Positions 18,508-28,973 of a stretch of 64,000 nt of DNA are shown here, piece by piece. Made by a program: the position numbers and the translations under genes. The stretch is from Sphingobacterium sp. (lineage in GTDB: Bacteria; Bacteroidota; Bacteroidia; Sphingobacteriales; Sphingobacteriaceae), in NCBI GenBank assembly GCA_040392285.1, contig JBEBWF010000008.1:15962-79961 (forward strand), written 5' to 3'. The notes beneath the pieces are model-generated. The model ran no database searches. It was given only the letters and a program-made list of their open reading frames with translations, and was not told where the DNA came from. Position 1 is the stretch's first letter. Every line of letters starts with the position of its first letter.

Positions 18508-18828
18508 ATGGCAGATAAATTCAAAACCGTTTCACTTGACACAATGATTGACAAGCACATTGGACAACGTGGCACAGAAAGACGTGAAGCGTTTGAAAAC
18601 GAGTTACGTATCGACCTGCTGGGGCAGGCCATAAAGCAAGCCCGCCAAGAACGTAATCTTACACAGGAGCAATTAGGCAAGCTTGTAGGCGTACAAAAAG
18701 CTCAAATCTCAAAAATTGAAAATAGCGTAAAAAATGCAAGATTTGAAACTATCTTAAAAGTGTTTGAAGCGTTAGGAGCAAAAGTAAATTTCAACGTAGA
18801 ACTAAACGAGCAAAAAGTGGCTTACTAA
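18508..18828 (+). CDS. XRE-family HTH antitoxin (HigA-like)
   Basis: The HTH_XRE core LTQEQLGKLVGVQKAQISKIENS is present. 106 aa, immediately downstream of the toxin gene (toxin-first order as in HigBA). Confidence 0.85.
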   Translation: MADKFKTVSLDTMIDKHIGQRGTERREAFENELRIDLLGQAIKQARQERNLTQEQLGKLVGVQKAQISKIENSVKNARFETILKVFEALGAKVNFNVELNEQKVAY

Positions 18829-18912
18829 GTAGTATCTTAAAATTATTTCGATGATTTTGAGCTTGCTCTTGATCTTTTTTCCTAAATTGCAGGTCTTAAA
18901 TTACATACAGAA

Positions 18913-19980
18913 ATGAGCGCGACAGATCAATTTTCAATTCGCGTAGAGCCAACACGACAATCAAGACTCTCGCAGGTAGACTTTAACAACTTAAAATTTG
19001 GACAAATCATGTCTGACCACATGCTTGTGGCAGAATACGACAACGGCGAATGGGTGGACGTCAGTATCGTCCCTTACGGCGAATTGTCCATTAGCCCTTC
19101 CATGTCTGCGCTGCACTACGGACAAGCGATATTTGAAGGAATCAAAGCCTATAAATATGCGGATGGAACCGTCAGTATATTTCGCCCGGACAAGAACTGG
19201 GAGCGATTCAACAAATCCGCTACCCGTCTCCAAATGCCTGAAGTCCCGGAAGGAATATTTCTGGATGGATTGAAACAATTGTTAGCTATAGATCGGGATT
19301 GGGTTCCTTCCAGAGAAGGTACATCGCTGTACATCCGCCCTTTTATGTTTGCCACGGAGTCGGCACTGGGCGTACATCCTTCTGTTTCTTATAAATTTAT
19401 TGTGATAACCTGTCCTGTAGGGGCATATTATAGCAAGCCTATTAGTCTGAAAGTAGAAACCCATTACACACGCGCTGCTGAAGGTGGTGTAGGTTTTTCT
19501 AAAAATGCAGGTAACTATGCATTATCGTTGTACCCTACCCAACTTGCAAATAACGAGGGCTATGACCAGATTATGTGGACAGATGCCAAAGAACATAAGT
19601 ATATTGAAGAGGCAGGAACGGCTAATTTAATATTCCGTATCGGCGATACGATCATCACGCCACACGGTGACACGATCTTACACGGTGTAACGCGTCGTAC
19701 GATTATGGAACTTGCCGAAAAATGGGGCTTTAAGGCGGAACAACGAAAAGTTTCCGTCCAGGAGCTGATTGATGGGATCAAAGCAGGTAAGGTTACTGAA
19801 GCCTTTGCTGCCGGAACTGCCGCTACAATTACCCATATCGACAGAATAGGTTTTGAAGGTCAAGATTACACACTTCCTCCTGTTGAAGGACGTGAATTCT
19901 CGAATAAAGTACTTGATTACCTTAATCAATTGCGCTATGGCAAGGTTGAAGATCCTTTTGGATGGAATTTTATCGTTTAG
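18913..19980 (+). CDS. ilvE: Branched-chain amino acid aminotransferase
   Basis: 355 aa class IV aminotransferase. It has HYGQAIFEGIKAYK and the typical C-terminal EAGTANLF-like motif (EEAGTANLIF). Confidence 0.93.
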   Translation: MSATDQFSIRVEPTRQSRLSQVDFNNLKFGQIMSDHMLVAEYDNGEWVDVSIVPYGELSISPSMSALHYGQAIFEGIKAYKYADGTVSIFRPDKNWERFNKSATRLQMPEVPEGIFLDGLKQLLAIDRDWVPSREGTSLYIRPFMFATESALGVHPSVSYKFIVITCPVGAYYSKPISLKVETHYTRAAEGGVGFSKNAGNYALSLYPTQLANNEGYDQIMWTDAKEHKYIEEAGTANLIFRIGDTIITPHGDTILHGVTRRTIMELAEKWGFKAEQRKVSVQELIDGIKAGKVTEAFAAGTAATITHIDRIGFEGQDYTLPPVEGREFSNKVLDYLNQLRYGKVEDPFGWNFIV

Positions 19981-20002
19981 AATTTATGCTATGTCAAGTA
20001 TT

Positions 20003-20037
20003 AAAAAAATGAGGGTCATAGATACCCTCATTTTTTT
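20003..20037 (+). terminator. Rho-independent terminator after ilvE
   Basis: The hairpin ATGAGGGT (loop CATAGAT) ACCCTCAT is flanked by an A-run and a T-run (AAAAAAATGAGGGT...ACCCTCATTTTTTT). Confidence 0.7.
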
Positions 20038-20066
20038 GTTCCTGCAAATTAAAACAAATCATTTCG

Positions 20067-20501
20067 ATGAAAATAATTGAAGTAACAGTCTATAGTCCCG
20101 AAGTCCATCATCGTATAGAGGCTCTCTTGGAGGTATTATTAGCAAAGAAAACCGAGATTACTGACGGATTTTTACAAAAGATTATTGCTAGTGATGACAC
20201 CTATTTATTCTTAGCTATCGACAATAATGATGCTGTCTTAGGCATGCTCACATTAGCTATATATTCTTCACCTTCGGGAACAAAATCCTGGATCGAAGAT
20301 GTTGCTGTCCATAGCGCTTACCAAGGACAGGGATTGGGTCGCAAACTAATGCAGTTTGCGATACAGTTTGCCAAACAGAAAGAAACCGACATGATCATGT
20401 TGACGAGCAATCCACATCGTATCGCAGCAAACAAACTTTATCAAAGTTTAGATTTTGAACGAAAGGAAACCAACGTCTATAAGCTAAAAGTAGGAGAATA
20501 A
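20067..20501 (+). CDS. GNAT family N-acetyltransferase
   Basis: The acetyl-CoA binding motif YQGQGLGRKLM is present. 144 aa. Confidence 0.85.
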   Translation: MKIIEVTVYSPEVHHRIEALLEVLLAKKTEITDGFLQKIIASDDTYLFLAIDNNDAVLGMLTLAIYSSPSGTKSWIEDVAVHSAYQGQGLGRKLMQFAIQFAKQKETDMIMLTSNPHRIAANKLYQSLDFERKETNVYKLKVGE

Positions 20502-20507
20502 CTGTTG

Positions 20508-21194
20508 TTAATCTCTCCTACCCAATAAAATACTTGCATAATACAACAAGGTAACCAAAGCAGACAAAGCAGCGATTACATAAGTCATGGCAGCCCATTT
20601 CAAGGCATCCTTTGCACCGTCATGTTCTGCCGCATAGTGTGTGATGTTGGCATTATTTAACCAAGCCAGCGCACGTCTGGAGGCATCAAATTCTACCGGA
20701 AGGGTAACAAAGCTAAACACAGTCGTCACGGCCAAAGCCCCTACTCCAATCGTCAACAGCATATAGCTTCCCGAAAAAATGGCCAACATGACACCGATCA
20801 TCAGTGTAAAAGAAGTGATCTTAGATGAAAAGCTGACTATAGGTACCATCGCCGAACGAAATTGCAACCAGGTATAAGCTGCAGCGTGTTGCACTGCATG
20901 TCCACATTCATGTGCAGCAACGGCAGCTGCCGCAACACTACGTCCATGATATACTTCAGGACTTAGGTTTACAGTTCTATTTGCGGGATTATAATGATCT
21001 GTAAGTTGTCCTTCGACAGAAATGACACTCACATCATAAATACCGTTGTCATTTAACATCTTCTGCGCAATCTCAGCACCCGACATTCCCGAGGTTAGGG
21101 CCATTTCGGAATATTTCTTAAATTTATTCTTGAACCTCGTCTGGACAATCATGCTGACGATACCTATACCAATTAACAAAAACCAAATAGTCAT
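20508..21194 (-). CDS. Membrane zinc metallopeptidase (YugP-like, putative neutral zinc metallopeptidase family)
   Basis: The HExxH motif HECGHAVQH is present, with an N-terminal TM segment and C-terminal TM segments. 228 aa. Confidence 0.85.
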   Translation of the reverse strand: MTIWFLLIGIGIVSMIVQTRFKNKFKKYSEMALTSGMSGAEIAQKMLNDNGIYDVSVISVEGQLTDHYNPANRTVNLSPEVYHGRSVAAAAVAAHECGHAVQHAAAYTWLQFRSAMVPIVSFSSKITSFTLMIGVMLAIFSGSYMLLTIGVGALAVTTVFSFVTLPVEFDASRRALAWLNNANITHYAAEHDGAKDALKWAAMTYVIAALSALVTLLYYASILLGRRD

Positions 21195-21405
21195 ATCTTT
21201 CCTTTTTTATTTTTCTATTTTCGAATACATTGCCAAATATTGTTCCACTTCCCCACAAATGACATTGCTACGTTATAAAGATATTCAAAATAGTCAAAAT
21301 GGCTTTATCGAAATTGAAAAACAATCATTTTTGTGACAAAATGACTGAACAGACTTTCTCCTTTTTTATAAAACTAATATTTCTTAACATTGTTAAGTTA
21401 TCACC

Positions 21406-21774
21406 ATGAAGACTCCACAAATTCATATCAAACGAATCTACGATGCTGTTGAAAAGAAGGACGACTTTCGTGTTTTGGTAGACCGGTTATGGCCTAGAGG
21501 AATTAAAAAGGAAAATGCTCATCTGGATGAATGGGCAAAAGATATCGCTCCATCAACAGAAATCCGCGTCGCCTATGACCACATTCCCGAACGTTGGGAA
21601 ACATTCAAAAGACAGTATCTCCGTGAACTCCAAGGTAATGAGCATATGCTATCCTATTTAGACAAATGGGAAGAACATCCTGTCATTACACTGCTATATG
21701 CAGCCAAAGATCAGCAGCATGCGCATGTATTGGTTTTACAAAAATATCTACAAGACTGTTATAAGAGTAGATAA
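21406..21774 (+). CDS. DUF488 (YeaO-like) family protein
   Basis: IKRIYD...DRLWPRGIKKE...WAKDIAPS and LLYAAKD motifs are typical of DUF488. 122 aa. Confidence 0.8.
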   Translation: MKTPQIHIKRIYDAVEKKDDFRVLVDRLWPRGIKKENAHLDEWAKDIAPSTEIRVAYDHIPERWETFKRQYLRELQGNEHMLSYLDKWEEHPVITLLYAAKDQQHAHVLVLQKYLQDCYKSR

Positions 21775-21818
21775 GATACCCTATCTTTATACATTAAAAA
21801 CTGTAAAGAAGCTTAAAA

Positions 21819-22256
21819 ATGGGAGTATTTTCCAAAACTTGTGAGTATGCCTTACGGGCTGTTTTTTACATTGCCCAAAGTTCGTATGAAGGAAGACGCG
21901 TGGGAATTGTAGAGATCGCTGAAAAAATAAAATCACCACAAGCCTTTCTAGGAAAGATACTACAGCAGTTAAGCAGAGAGGGAATTATTCAATCTGCTAA
22001 AGGGCCTAATGGCGGTTTCTTTATGGATGGAATAGGCCTTACACGTCCGCTATCGGATGTCGTAGAGGCCATCGATGGCAAAGAAATCTTTGAAGGCTGC
22101 GGCCTAGGATTGGACTTCTGTTCTGAGAAACAACCTTGCCCCTTACACCATGAATTCAAAAAAATCAGAAATGAACTGACCCGAATGTTAAAGGAAACCA
22201 GTATTGGACAATTTAATCAAGAACTTATTCTGGGCACTTTCTCGCTTCATAAATAA
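21819..22256 (+). CDS. Rrf2 family transcriptional regulator
   Basis: The N-terminal winged-helix CEYALRAVFYIA...IAEKIKSPQAFLGKILQQL is present, together with C-terminal Cys residues (CGLGLDFCSEKQPCPLH). Confidence 0.9.
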   Translation: MGVFSKTCEYALRAVFYIAQSSYEGRRVGIVEIAEKIKSPQAFLGKILQQLSREGIIQSAKGPNGGFFMDGIGLTRPLSDVVEAIDGKEIFEGCGLGLDFCSEKQPCPLHHEFKKIRNELTRMLKETSIGQFNQELILGTFSLHK

Positions 22257-22275
22257 GCAAGTCCCGAACGCCGGT

Positions 22276-24882
22276 CTAGTTCTTTAACAACCGTTGGATT
22301 TCATCCAACTTCATGAGTGCCTCCACCGGAGTCAATGTATTGACATCCAAATTATTCAGCATATCGCGAATTTTCTCCAAAACGGGATCATCAATAGCAA
22401 ACATCTGCAGTTGATAGGCTTGCTTCTGAATTTTGCGCATGCTGTCTTTTATTTTTTCGCCACCTGTTCGCTCTTGTTCTAAGCGGCTCAATATTTCCGA
22501 AGCTCGCCCAATTAGTTTGGAAGGCATTCCTGCCATCCGGGCTACGTGGATACCAAAGCTATGTTCCGATCCCCCCGGCACCAATTTACGCAGGAAAATG
22601 ACCCTATTGTTAACTTCTTTTACAGTCACATTGAAGTTCTTGATCCGCGGCATAGAATTGCTCAGCTCATTCAGCTCATGGTAATGTGTAGCAAAGAGTG
22701 TTTTGGCTCTTGCGGAGGGATGATTATGTAAAAACTCGGCAATGGCCCAAGCGATAGAAATACCGTCATAGGTACTTGTACCCCGCCCTATCTCATCCAA
22801 TAAAATCAGGCTTCGATCCGACAGGTTGTTCATAATACTGGCGGTCTCATTCATCTCCACCATAAAGGTCGATTCGCCCGAGGAAAGATTATCGGATGCC
22901 CCTACGCGAGTAAAGATCTTATCCACCAAGCCAATACGAGCTTCTTTGGCGGGAACAAACGAACCGATTTGCATCATCAAAACGATCAAGCCTGTCTGAC
23001 GCAACAAAGCCGACTTACCTGCCATATTAGGTCCCGTAATAATGATAATTTGCTGATTATCGGGATCGAGATAGGTATCATTGGTGATATAATCCTCACC
23101 GATAGGCAAGTTTCTTTCAATGACAGGGTGCCTACCTCCTTTGATATCTAGTATTTTGCTTTCCGAAACTTCAGGTTTGACGTAATAGTTTTTCTCCGCT
23201 ATTACCGCAAAATTGAGCAAGACATCCAACTTGGCGATAAGTTGCGCATTAAGTTGTATAGGTTTGATATATTCCGCTATTGCCAACAATAACTCAGCAT
23301 AAATCCTGTTCTCGATAACCTGAATTTTTTCCTCCGCACCCAGAATTTGTTCTTCATACTCTTTCAGTTCCTCCGTAATATAACGTTCGGCATTCACCAA
23401 GGTTTGCTTGCGGATCCACCCGTCAGGTACTTTATCCTTATGTGTGTTCGTTACCTCCAAATAATAGCCAAAGACATTGTTAAAAGCTATTTTTAAGGAT
23501 GGAATACCCGTAGCTTCTGATTCACGACGCTGGATTTCCAATAGATAGCCCTTACCACCAAAAGCAACTTTCCGCAACTTATCCAGATCTTCGTCTACAC
23601 CTTCCGCAATGACATTCCCTTTATTCAAAGCAACAGGCGGCTCTGCTTGTATCGTCTTTTCAATTTTGTCTCGTATGATCGTACACGGGTTCAACTGTTC
23701 GGCTATCATAGACAACGATTCCGACTCGGCAATACGGGTCAGTTCTTTCAGCTTTTCTGTAGCGTACAGTGATCTCTTCAGTTGCATAACCTCCCGTGGG
23801 CTAGCTTTTTGTAAACCGATCTTACTGATTAACCGTTCTAAATCACCAACATGCTTGATTTCCCGAATTAATTCATCCCTCAAGTCCTTATGTTGATAAA
23901 AATACTCCACAACATCCAGCCTTTCCTGAATAGATTTTTTATCCTTCAAGGGCATGACAATCCATCGCTTCAATAATCGGGCTCCCATCGGGGAGGACGT
24001 TTCGTCCAACACATCCGATAAGGTGATGGCGTTTTCATTAGCAGAACCGATTAGCTCCAAATTACGAATAGTAAAACGGTCCAACCACATGTGGTGATCC
24101 TCCTCTATCCGAGCGATATGCGATATATGCTGCAAATTACGGTGCTCGGTCTCGTTGAGGTAATGTAAAGCCACACCTGCGGCTATGATACCTACCGGCA
24201 TCCGCTCTATACCGAAACCTTTCAGGGAATTGACTTCGAAATGCTTTAATAAAGCTTCTTCGGCATAATCACCTGTATAAGGCCACTCATCGAGAAAATA
24301 GGTATAATATTGAGTGCCAAAATGCTCCAAGAAATCTTTGGATTGTTTGCGTGGCATGATAATCTCGGTAGGTTTAAAACCTTGCAGCAATTTATCGATA
24401 TAGCTTATGTGGCCTTGCGCAACTAAAAATTCACCGGTAGAGATATCTAGAAATGAAATACCTACTGTAGTCTTCTCAAAGAAAAGTGAAGCGAGGTAAT
24501 TGTTGGACTTTTGCTGCACAATATTGTCACTGTAGGACACCCCAGGTGTCACCAACTCGGTAACTCCCCGCTTAACAATAGTCTTGGTCTGCTTCGGGTC
24601 TTCCAACTGATCGCAAATGGCTACCCGTTGTCCAGCGCGGACTAACTTAGGAAGATAAGTTTCCAGTGAATGGTGTGGAAAACCTGCCAAGGCCGTTTCC
24701 GATTCGGAACCGTTGCCACGCTTGGTCTGTACGATCCCCAGAATACTTGCAGCCTTAATCGCATCCTCACCAAATGTTTCATAAAAATCACCTACACGAA
24801 ACAGCAGCAATGCACCGGGGTATTTCGCTTTTATGCTATTATACTGCTGCATTAAAGGAGTTTCTTTCTTCTCTTTAGCCAA
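22276..24882 (-). CDS. mutS: DNA mismatch repair protein MutS
   Basis: 868 aa. The N-terminal TPLMQQY..K......[10 protein letters not shown], Walker [10 protein letters not shown] and [12 protein letters not shown] motifs are present. Confidence 0.97.
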   Translation of the reverse strand: MAKEKKETPLMQQYNSIKAKYPGALLLFRVGDFYETFGEDAIKAASILGIVQTKRGNGSESETALAGFPHHSLETYLPKLVRAGQRVAICDQLEDPKQTKTIVKRGVTELVTPGVSYSDNIVQQKSNNYLASLFFEKTTVGISFLDISTGEFLVAQGHISYIDKLLQGFKPTEIIMPRKQSKDFLEHFGTQYYTYFLDEWPYTGDYAEEALLKHFEVNSLKGFGIERMPVGIIAAGVALHYLNETEHRNLQHISHIARIEEDHHMWLDRFTIRNLELIGSANENAITLSDVLDETSSPMGARLLKRWIVMPLKDKKSIQERLDVVEYFYQHKDLRDELIREIKHVGDLERLISKIGLQKASPREVMQLKRSLYATEKLKELTRIAESESLSMIAEQLNPCTIIRDKIEKTIQAEPPVALNKGNVIAEGVDEDLDKLRKVAFGGKGYLLEIQRRESEATGIPSLKIAFNNVFGYYLEVTNTHKDKVPDGWIRKQTLVNAERYITEELKEYEEQILGAEEKIQVIENRIYAELLLAIAEYIKPIQLNAQLIAKLDVLLNFAVIAEKNYYVKPEVSESKILDIKGGRHPVIERNLPIGEDYITNDTYLDPDNQQIIIITGPNMAGKSALLRQTGLIVLMMQIGSFVPAKEARIGLVDKIFTRVGASDNLSSGESTFMVEMNETASIMNNLSDRSLILLDEIGRGTSTYDGISIAWAIAEFLHNHPSARAKTLFATHYHELNELSNSMPRIKNFNVTVKEVNNRVIFLRKLVPGGSEHSFGIHVARMAGMPSKLIGRASEILSRLEQERTGGEKIKDSMRKIQKQAYQLQMFAIDDPVLEKIRDMLNNLDVNTLTPVEALMKLDEIQRLLKN

Positions 24883-24985
24883 TGGTATCAGTTTTTAGTT
24901 GCGTCGTAAAAATAAGACAATTGAAGGGAAATGGCAAGGTTGTATTTCTTTCATTATTTTACTTGACAACTTGACACGAATAATG

Positions 24986-24993
24986 TATATTTG
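24986..24993 (+). promoter_or_regulatory. Candidate -7 promoter box TATATTTG
   Basis: TAnnTTTG match just upstream of the antitoxin ATG at 25000. It is preceded by the direct repeat TTGACAACTTGACAC. Confidence 0.4.
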
Positions 24994-24999
24994 TTTATT

Positions 25000-25233
25000 A
25001 TGAAGACGATGACTGTAGGTGAGTTTAAAACACAATTTTCCGAAGTGTTGGAACAGGTAAAAACCGGTATAGGTTTCGCAGTGACCTACGGCCGAAAAAA
25101 GGAAATCGTTGGTTATTTTTTACCGAAAGAGCAAGTTGACAAACCGATGCGCAAACTCGGCTTATTAGAGGGAAAAGCAAAGGCTATATTCAAACCCGAC
25201 TTCAAAATAACCGAAGAAGAGCTACTAGGATGA
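25000..25233 (+). CDS. Type II antitoxin, Phd/YefM-like
   Basis: 77 aa. The sequence MKTMTVGEFKTQFSEVLEQV is typical of Phd/YefM N-termini. The 4-nt ATGA overlap with the downstream PIN gene supports an operon. The ATG at 25000 is preferred over the TTG at 24991. Confidence 0.75.
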   Translation: MKTMTVGEFKTQFSEVLEQVKTGIGFAVTYGRKKEIVGYFLPKEQVDKPMRKLGLLEGKAKAIFKPDFKITEEELLG

Positions 25234-25628
25234 ATTATCTGTTGGATTCACACACGTTTCTCTGGGCATTGTTGGAGCAAAAAAAATTGTCTCCCAAAGT
25301 TTTAGATGTGTTGCAGGATATTAAACATAAGGTATTTATAAGCTCGGTAAGTTTCTGGGAGATTTCGTTGAAGTTTCGTTTAGGCAAACTTAATTTGGCA
25401 GGTGTTTCACCTGAAGAACTCCCAGCTCTTGCACAAGAAAGTGGGTTTGACTTTCTTCCGCTTAGCCCATCAGAAGCCGCTGAATATCATTTATTGGAAG
25501 CCGAATGGCATCGAGATCCCTTTGATCGAATGCTGATATACCAAGCGATCACACATAATTTGATCCTATTGAGCAAAGACACAACTATCCGGCAATATTG
25601 CTCTTCCGGCCTAAAACTGTTATGGTAA
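25230..25628 (+). CDS. vapC: PIN-domain toxin (VapC family)
   Basis: 132 aa. The N-terminal YLLDSH (first acidic residue), SFWEISLK, and C-terminal DPFDRMLIYQA motifs are typical of PIN-domain toxins. Confidence 0.85.
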   Translation: MNYLLDSHTFLWALLEQKKLSPKVLDVLQDIKHKVFISSVSFWEISLKFRLGKLNLAGVSPEELPALAQESGFDFLPLSPSEAAEYHLLEAEWHRDPFDRMLIYQAITHNLILLSKDTTIRQYCSSGLKLLW

Positions 25629-25639
25629 AAAATGTAAAA

Positions 25640-25647
25640 TAATTTTG
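25640..25647 (+). promoter_or_regulatory. Candidate -7 promoter box TAATTTTG
   Basis: TAnnTTTG match 29 nt upstream of the mtgA ATG. Confidence 0.35.
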
Positions 25648-25675
25648 TTTCCTTTGCAGTAAAGTTATCCGAAGA

Positions 25676-26410
25676 ATGGCCATCCGCCGAAAGACAAACA
25701 CAAAAAAGACAAAGCACAACACACATTGGGCATCCCGATGGAAGACATGGGCTATCCGAATTATCCTAGCTTTCTTCGGTATAACGGTGTTTTGGGTGGT
25801 AGCTTTAAAATTTATCAATCCGCCAATTACTTATTTAATGATTAAGCGCGGTTTCGAATGGAAAGCTGCCGGCAAAGGTTTTAAAATAGAAAAAGACTGG
25901 CTAAGCTATCAGGATCTTTCCGATAATCTCAAAAGAGCAGCTATTGCTGGGGAAGATGCTCGTTTTCTGAGTCATCATGGTTTTGATACAGACGCCATTA
26001 TGGATGCCATTAAGCGAAACAGACAGAGTGAAAAATTAAGAGGCGGAAGTACAATAAGTCAACAAGTAGCAAAAAATGTATTCTTATGGCCGGAACGATC
26101 GTGGCTTAGAAAAGGCTTAGAAACCTATTTTACCTTTCTGATCGAAATATTTTGGAGCAAAAAACGTATCCTGGAAGTATATCTCAATGTCATCGAAATG
26201 GGTCAGGGTATATATGGGGCTGAGGCTGCGGCTCACTATTATTTTTATAAATCTGCCAAAAGTTTATCTAAAAAACAAGCAGCACTTATTATTGCCATCT
26301 TGCCTAACCCCCGAAAATGGGACGCACGCAGACCCTCGAATTATGTCAATAGCCGAGCAAATAGTATCGTTCGATATCTGGGACATTATGATATTCCGGG
26401 AGAGAAATAG
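25676..26410 (+). CDS. mtgA: Monofunctional biosynthetic peptidoglycan transglycosylase
   Basis: GT51 motifs EDARFLSHHGFD and RGGSTISQQVAKN are present, with an N-terminal TM anchor. 244 aa. Confidence 0.9.
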   Translation: MAIRRKTNTKKTKHNTHWASRWKTWAIRIILAFFGITVFWVVALKFINPPITYLMIKRGFEWKAAGKGFKIEKDWLSYQDLSDNLKRAAIAGEDARFLSHHGFDTDAIMDAIKRNRQSEKLRGGSTISQQVAKNVFLWPERSWLRKGLETYFTFLIEIFWSKKRILEVYLNVIEMGQGIYGAEAAAHYYFYKSAKSLSKKQAALIIAILPNPRKWDARRPSNYVNSRANSIVRYLGHYDIPGEK

Positions 26411-26473
26411 CAGCTGCTGACAAGAAAATGGAAAAAATTCTTTTTAACAAAGAAAAAATCCTAAATTAGTGAT

Positions 26474-26950
26474 ATGGAAAAAAAACACAAGAAAAAGTCC
26501 GAAAAGCTATATACATCCCAGCAGGATAGCATGTTCCTAGCAGAAGAAGCCATCGTACATTATGGCAGTATGTATCAAAATCCTATATCACTGCTGACAA
26601 GCTCCAAGCATGGCCTACATGCAAAGGCGGCTTTAGACTTTATTGCTCTTTCTGGCTTCACGTATGAAGAGTTTCAGGAAACCTTTAAAACAACTGTCAA
26701 AACTATCCAGAATTATGCTGTTCAGGACTTAAAACTGGATGCGCCTTTAAGCGAAAAACTACTTAAATCGTTTGCACTCTTTAATAAAGGAGCAGAGGTT
26801 TTTGGTTCCATAAAAGCCTTTCAAGAGTGGTTAAACACCTCTTCGGTCGGTTTAGGCAATCGGATTCCTTTTGATTTAATGGATACTATTACCGGTATTA
26901 ACCTTATAGAAGAAGAGCTTGTTCGTATAGAATACGGTGCTTTAGCTTAA
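26474..26950 (+). CDS. Xre/MbcA/ParS-like antitoxin (DUF2384 toxin-binding domain)
   Basis: The C-terminal region AFQEWLNTSSVGLGNRIPFDLMDTITGINLIEEELVRIEYG fits the DUF2384 pattern. A RES-domain gene follows 7 nt downstream. Confidence 0.8.
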   Translation: MEKKHKKKSEKLYTSQQDSMFLAEEAIVHYGSMYQNPISLLTSSKHGLHAKAALDFIALSGFTYEEFQETFKTTVKTIQNYAVQDLKLDAPLSEKLLKSFALFNKGAEVFGSIKAFQEWLNTSSVGLGNRIPFDLMDTITGINLIEEELVRIEYGALA

Positions 26951-26957
26951 TAGCAGC

Positions 26958-27407
26958 GTGGAGGTTTACAGGATTGCATTAGCAAAATTTTCAACGGAGT
27001 TAAGGGCTTCAGGACGGGCTGCCCGTTGGAACACTAACGATGTGCAGCTAATCTATACTGCTTCTTCGCGGTCTCTGGCCTGTCTGGAAAATGTCGTGCA
27101 CCGTAATCAATTGGGATTAAGCGGACTTTTCAGGCTCATGACCATAGAAATCCCTGATACTGTCCAGATAAGAACCATAAACCTAAGCGGACTAGAAGAC
27201 GATTGGAAAAATTTTGACAACATGTATCTCACACAAAAGATAGGCGATATATGGGTATCAACAATGGAGACAGTTGTACTCAGAGTGCCGTCATCCATCA
27301 TCGAAATGGAGTATAATTATCTGATTAACCCCCTACATCCTGATTTCAAAAGGATAAAGCTTCTTCAAATCGAACCTTTTGTTTTTGACGAGCGGATCAA
27401 ACGGTAA
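26958..27407 (+). CDS. RES-domain toxin (NAD+-targeting RES family)
   Basis: 149 aa with a GTG start. GRAARWN, YTASSRSLACLE and the overall length are typical of RES toxins, and it is paired with the DUF2384 antitoxin. Confidence 0.85.
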   Translation: MEVYRIALAKFSTELRASGRAARWNTNDVQLIYTASSRSLACLENVVHRNQLGLSGLFRLMTIEIPDTVQIRTINLSGLEDDWKNFDNMYLTQKIGDIWVSTMETVVLRVPSSIIEMEYNYLINPLHPDFKRIKLLQIEPFVFDERIKR

Positions 27408-27568
27408 ACCAATACGGTATCCTCCTTTCCTTCTCATTTTGCTTGTCGTTAAAAATCGTTAAACTACCAGCTCTGTCTCAGATTAGTTTTATATTCGTAA
27501 AACTTAATTGAAGAATAAGTCAGATATAATATTTGGTCTTAAAAATAGCTAAATACAAAATATTCTAA

Positions 27569-27576
27569 TATTTTTG
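27569..27576 (+). promoter_or_regulatory. Candidate -7 promoter box TATTTTTG
   Basis: TAnnTTTG match 27 nt upstream of the ATG at 27603. Confidence 0.35.
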
Positions 27577-27602
27577 TAACAGATCTTTTGAATAGTATTT
27601 TC

Positions 27603-28967
27603 ATGAAAAAATATATTACCGTTGTATTTTTAGTATTAACGTCTTTTACCCTCACTTTTGGACAAGCTCCTCAGTTGGTAGATCGCATAATTGCTACTGT
27701 GGGCACAAGCTACATCTTACAGTCTGACTTGGAGATGGAATACACCCAATACCTTGCCAGCGGAAATGCCCCGAGCGATGAGGTTAAATGCTATATTGTA
27801 CAGCAATTATTAACATCCAAGCTTCTTTCCCAACAAGCAGTGATCGATTCGATTGAGGTCTCCGAAAATGAAGTCGATGATAACCTGAACCAACGTATCC
27901 GTGTGATGACACAGCGTGCGGGAGGAAGAGAACGTTTGGAAGAGTTTTTAAACAGATCCATCTTACAACATAAGGAAGAAATGCGCCCAATGGTTGCGGA
28001 GCAACTTAAAGGCAACAAGATGCAGCAGCAGCTAGTCTCTAATATTGATGTTACTCCGCAAGAGGTAAAAAACTATTTCGAAAGTCTCAACCAAGATTCA
28101 CTGCCTTATTTTGATACCGAAATTGAGTATTCTCAACTGGTATTAAAGCCACAGCTGACACGGGAGGAGAAAGAACAATTTCGGGAAAAAGCCGAAGGCT
28201 ACCGGACGCAAATCATAAATGGTTCTGATTTTGGAACGATAGCGCGTTTCTATTCCGAGGATGGATCTGCTCCATTCGGTGGAGAATTGGACTATTCCAC
28301 ACGAGACGCTTGGGTAAAAGAATTTTCAGCACAAGCTTTCAAGCTCAAAGAAGGGGAAATATCTCCTGTATTTGAAACACAATTTGGCTACCACTTTTTA
28401 CAGGTTCTCGATAGAAGAGGTGAAGAGGTGAAAGTAAGACACCTTTTAATCCGGATAAAACCAACTGCGGCTTCATTAGAACGCACGAAACTAAAGATGG
28501 ATAGTATAGCCACACAGATTGCAAACAAGAAAATAGATTTCAATACGGCAGCTTCTATCTATTCTGACGATAATAACACCAAGTACAATGGAGGCGTAGT
28601 CACGAATATGGAAGACCGTTCATCCTTGATTCCGGTCAATCAACTGGATGATGTCTCTGTTTTTAATGCTATCGACCCACTAAAAGCTGGAGAGGTCTCT
28701 AAACCCGTACTTTATACCGATAAAGCAAGTGGAGACGTAACGTACCGCATCTATTATCTAAAATCCCGCATAGCACCTCACAAAGCTAATCTTGATCAAG
28801 ATTTTGCGAAAATCAAGGAAGCTGCAAGACAAGATAAAGTCAATAGAACGCTAAGTGAGTGGTTTGAAACTCGCCGGGAAAGCACCTATATTGCTATCAA
28901 TCCGGATTTTCTATCCTGTGGCGAACTCAAAATATGGACGTCAGATAACGAGGTAGCCGCTAAATAA
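27603..28967 (+). CDS. Periplasmic peptidylprolyl isomerase (SurA/parvulin type)
   Basis: Signal peptide MKKYITVVFLVLTSFTLTFGQA is present. A SurA-N-like region and the parvulin motif FGYHFLQV are present. The ATG at 27603 is preferred over the TTG at 27588. Confidence 0.85.
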   Translation: MKKYITVVFLVLTSFTLTFGQAPQLVDRIIATVGTSYILQSDLEMEYTQYLASGNAPSDEVKCYIVQQLLTSKLLSQQAVIDSIEVSENEVDDNLNQRIRVMTQRAGGRERLEEFLNRSILQHKEEMRPMVAEQLKGNKMQQQLVSNIDVTPQEVKNYFESLNQDSLPYFDTEIEYSQLVLKPQLTREEKEQFREKAEGYRTQIINGSDFGTIARFYSEDGSAPFGGELDYSTRDAWVKEFSAQAFKLKEGEISPVFETQFGYHFLQVLDRRGEEVKVRHLLIRIKPTAASLERTKLKMDSIATQIANKKIDFNTAASIYSDDNNTKYNGGVVTNMEDRSSLIPVNQLDDVSVFNAIDPLKAGEVSKPVLYTDKASGDVTYRIYYLKSRIAPHKANLDQDFAKIKEAARQDKVNRTLSEWFETRRESTYIAINPDFLSCGELKIWTSDNEVAAK

Positions 28968-28973
28968 CAAACA

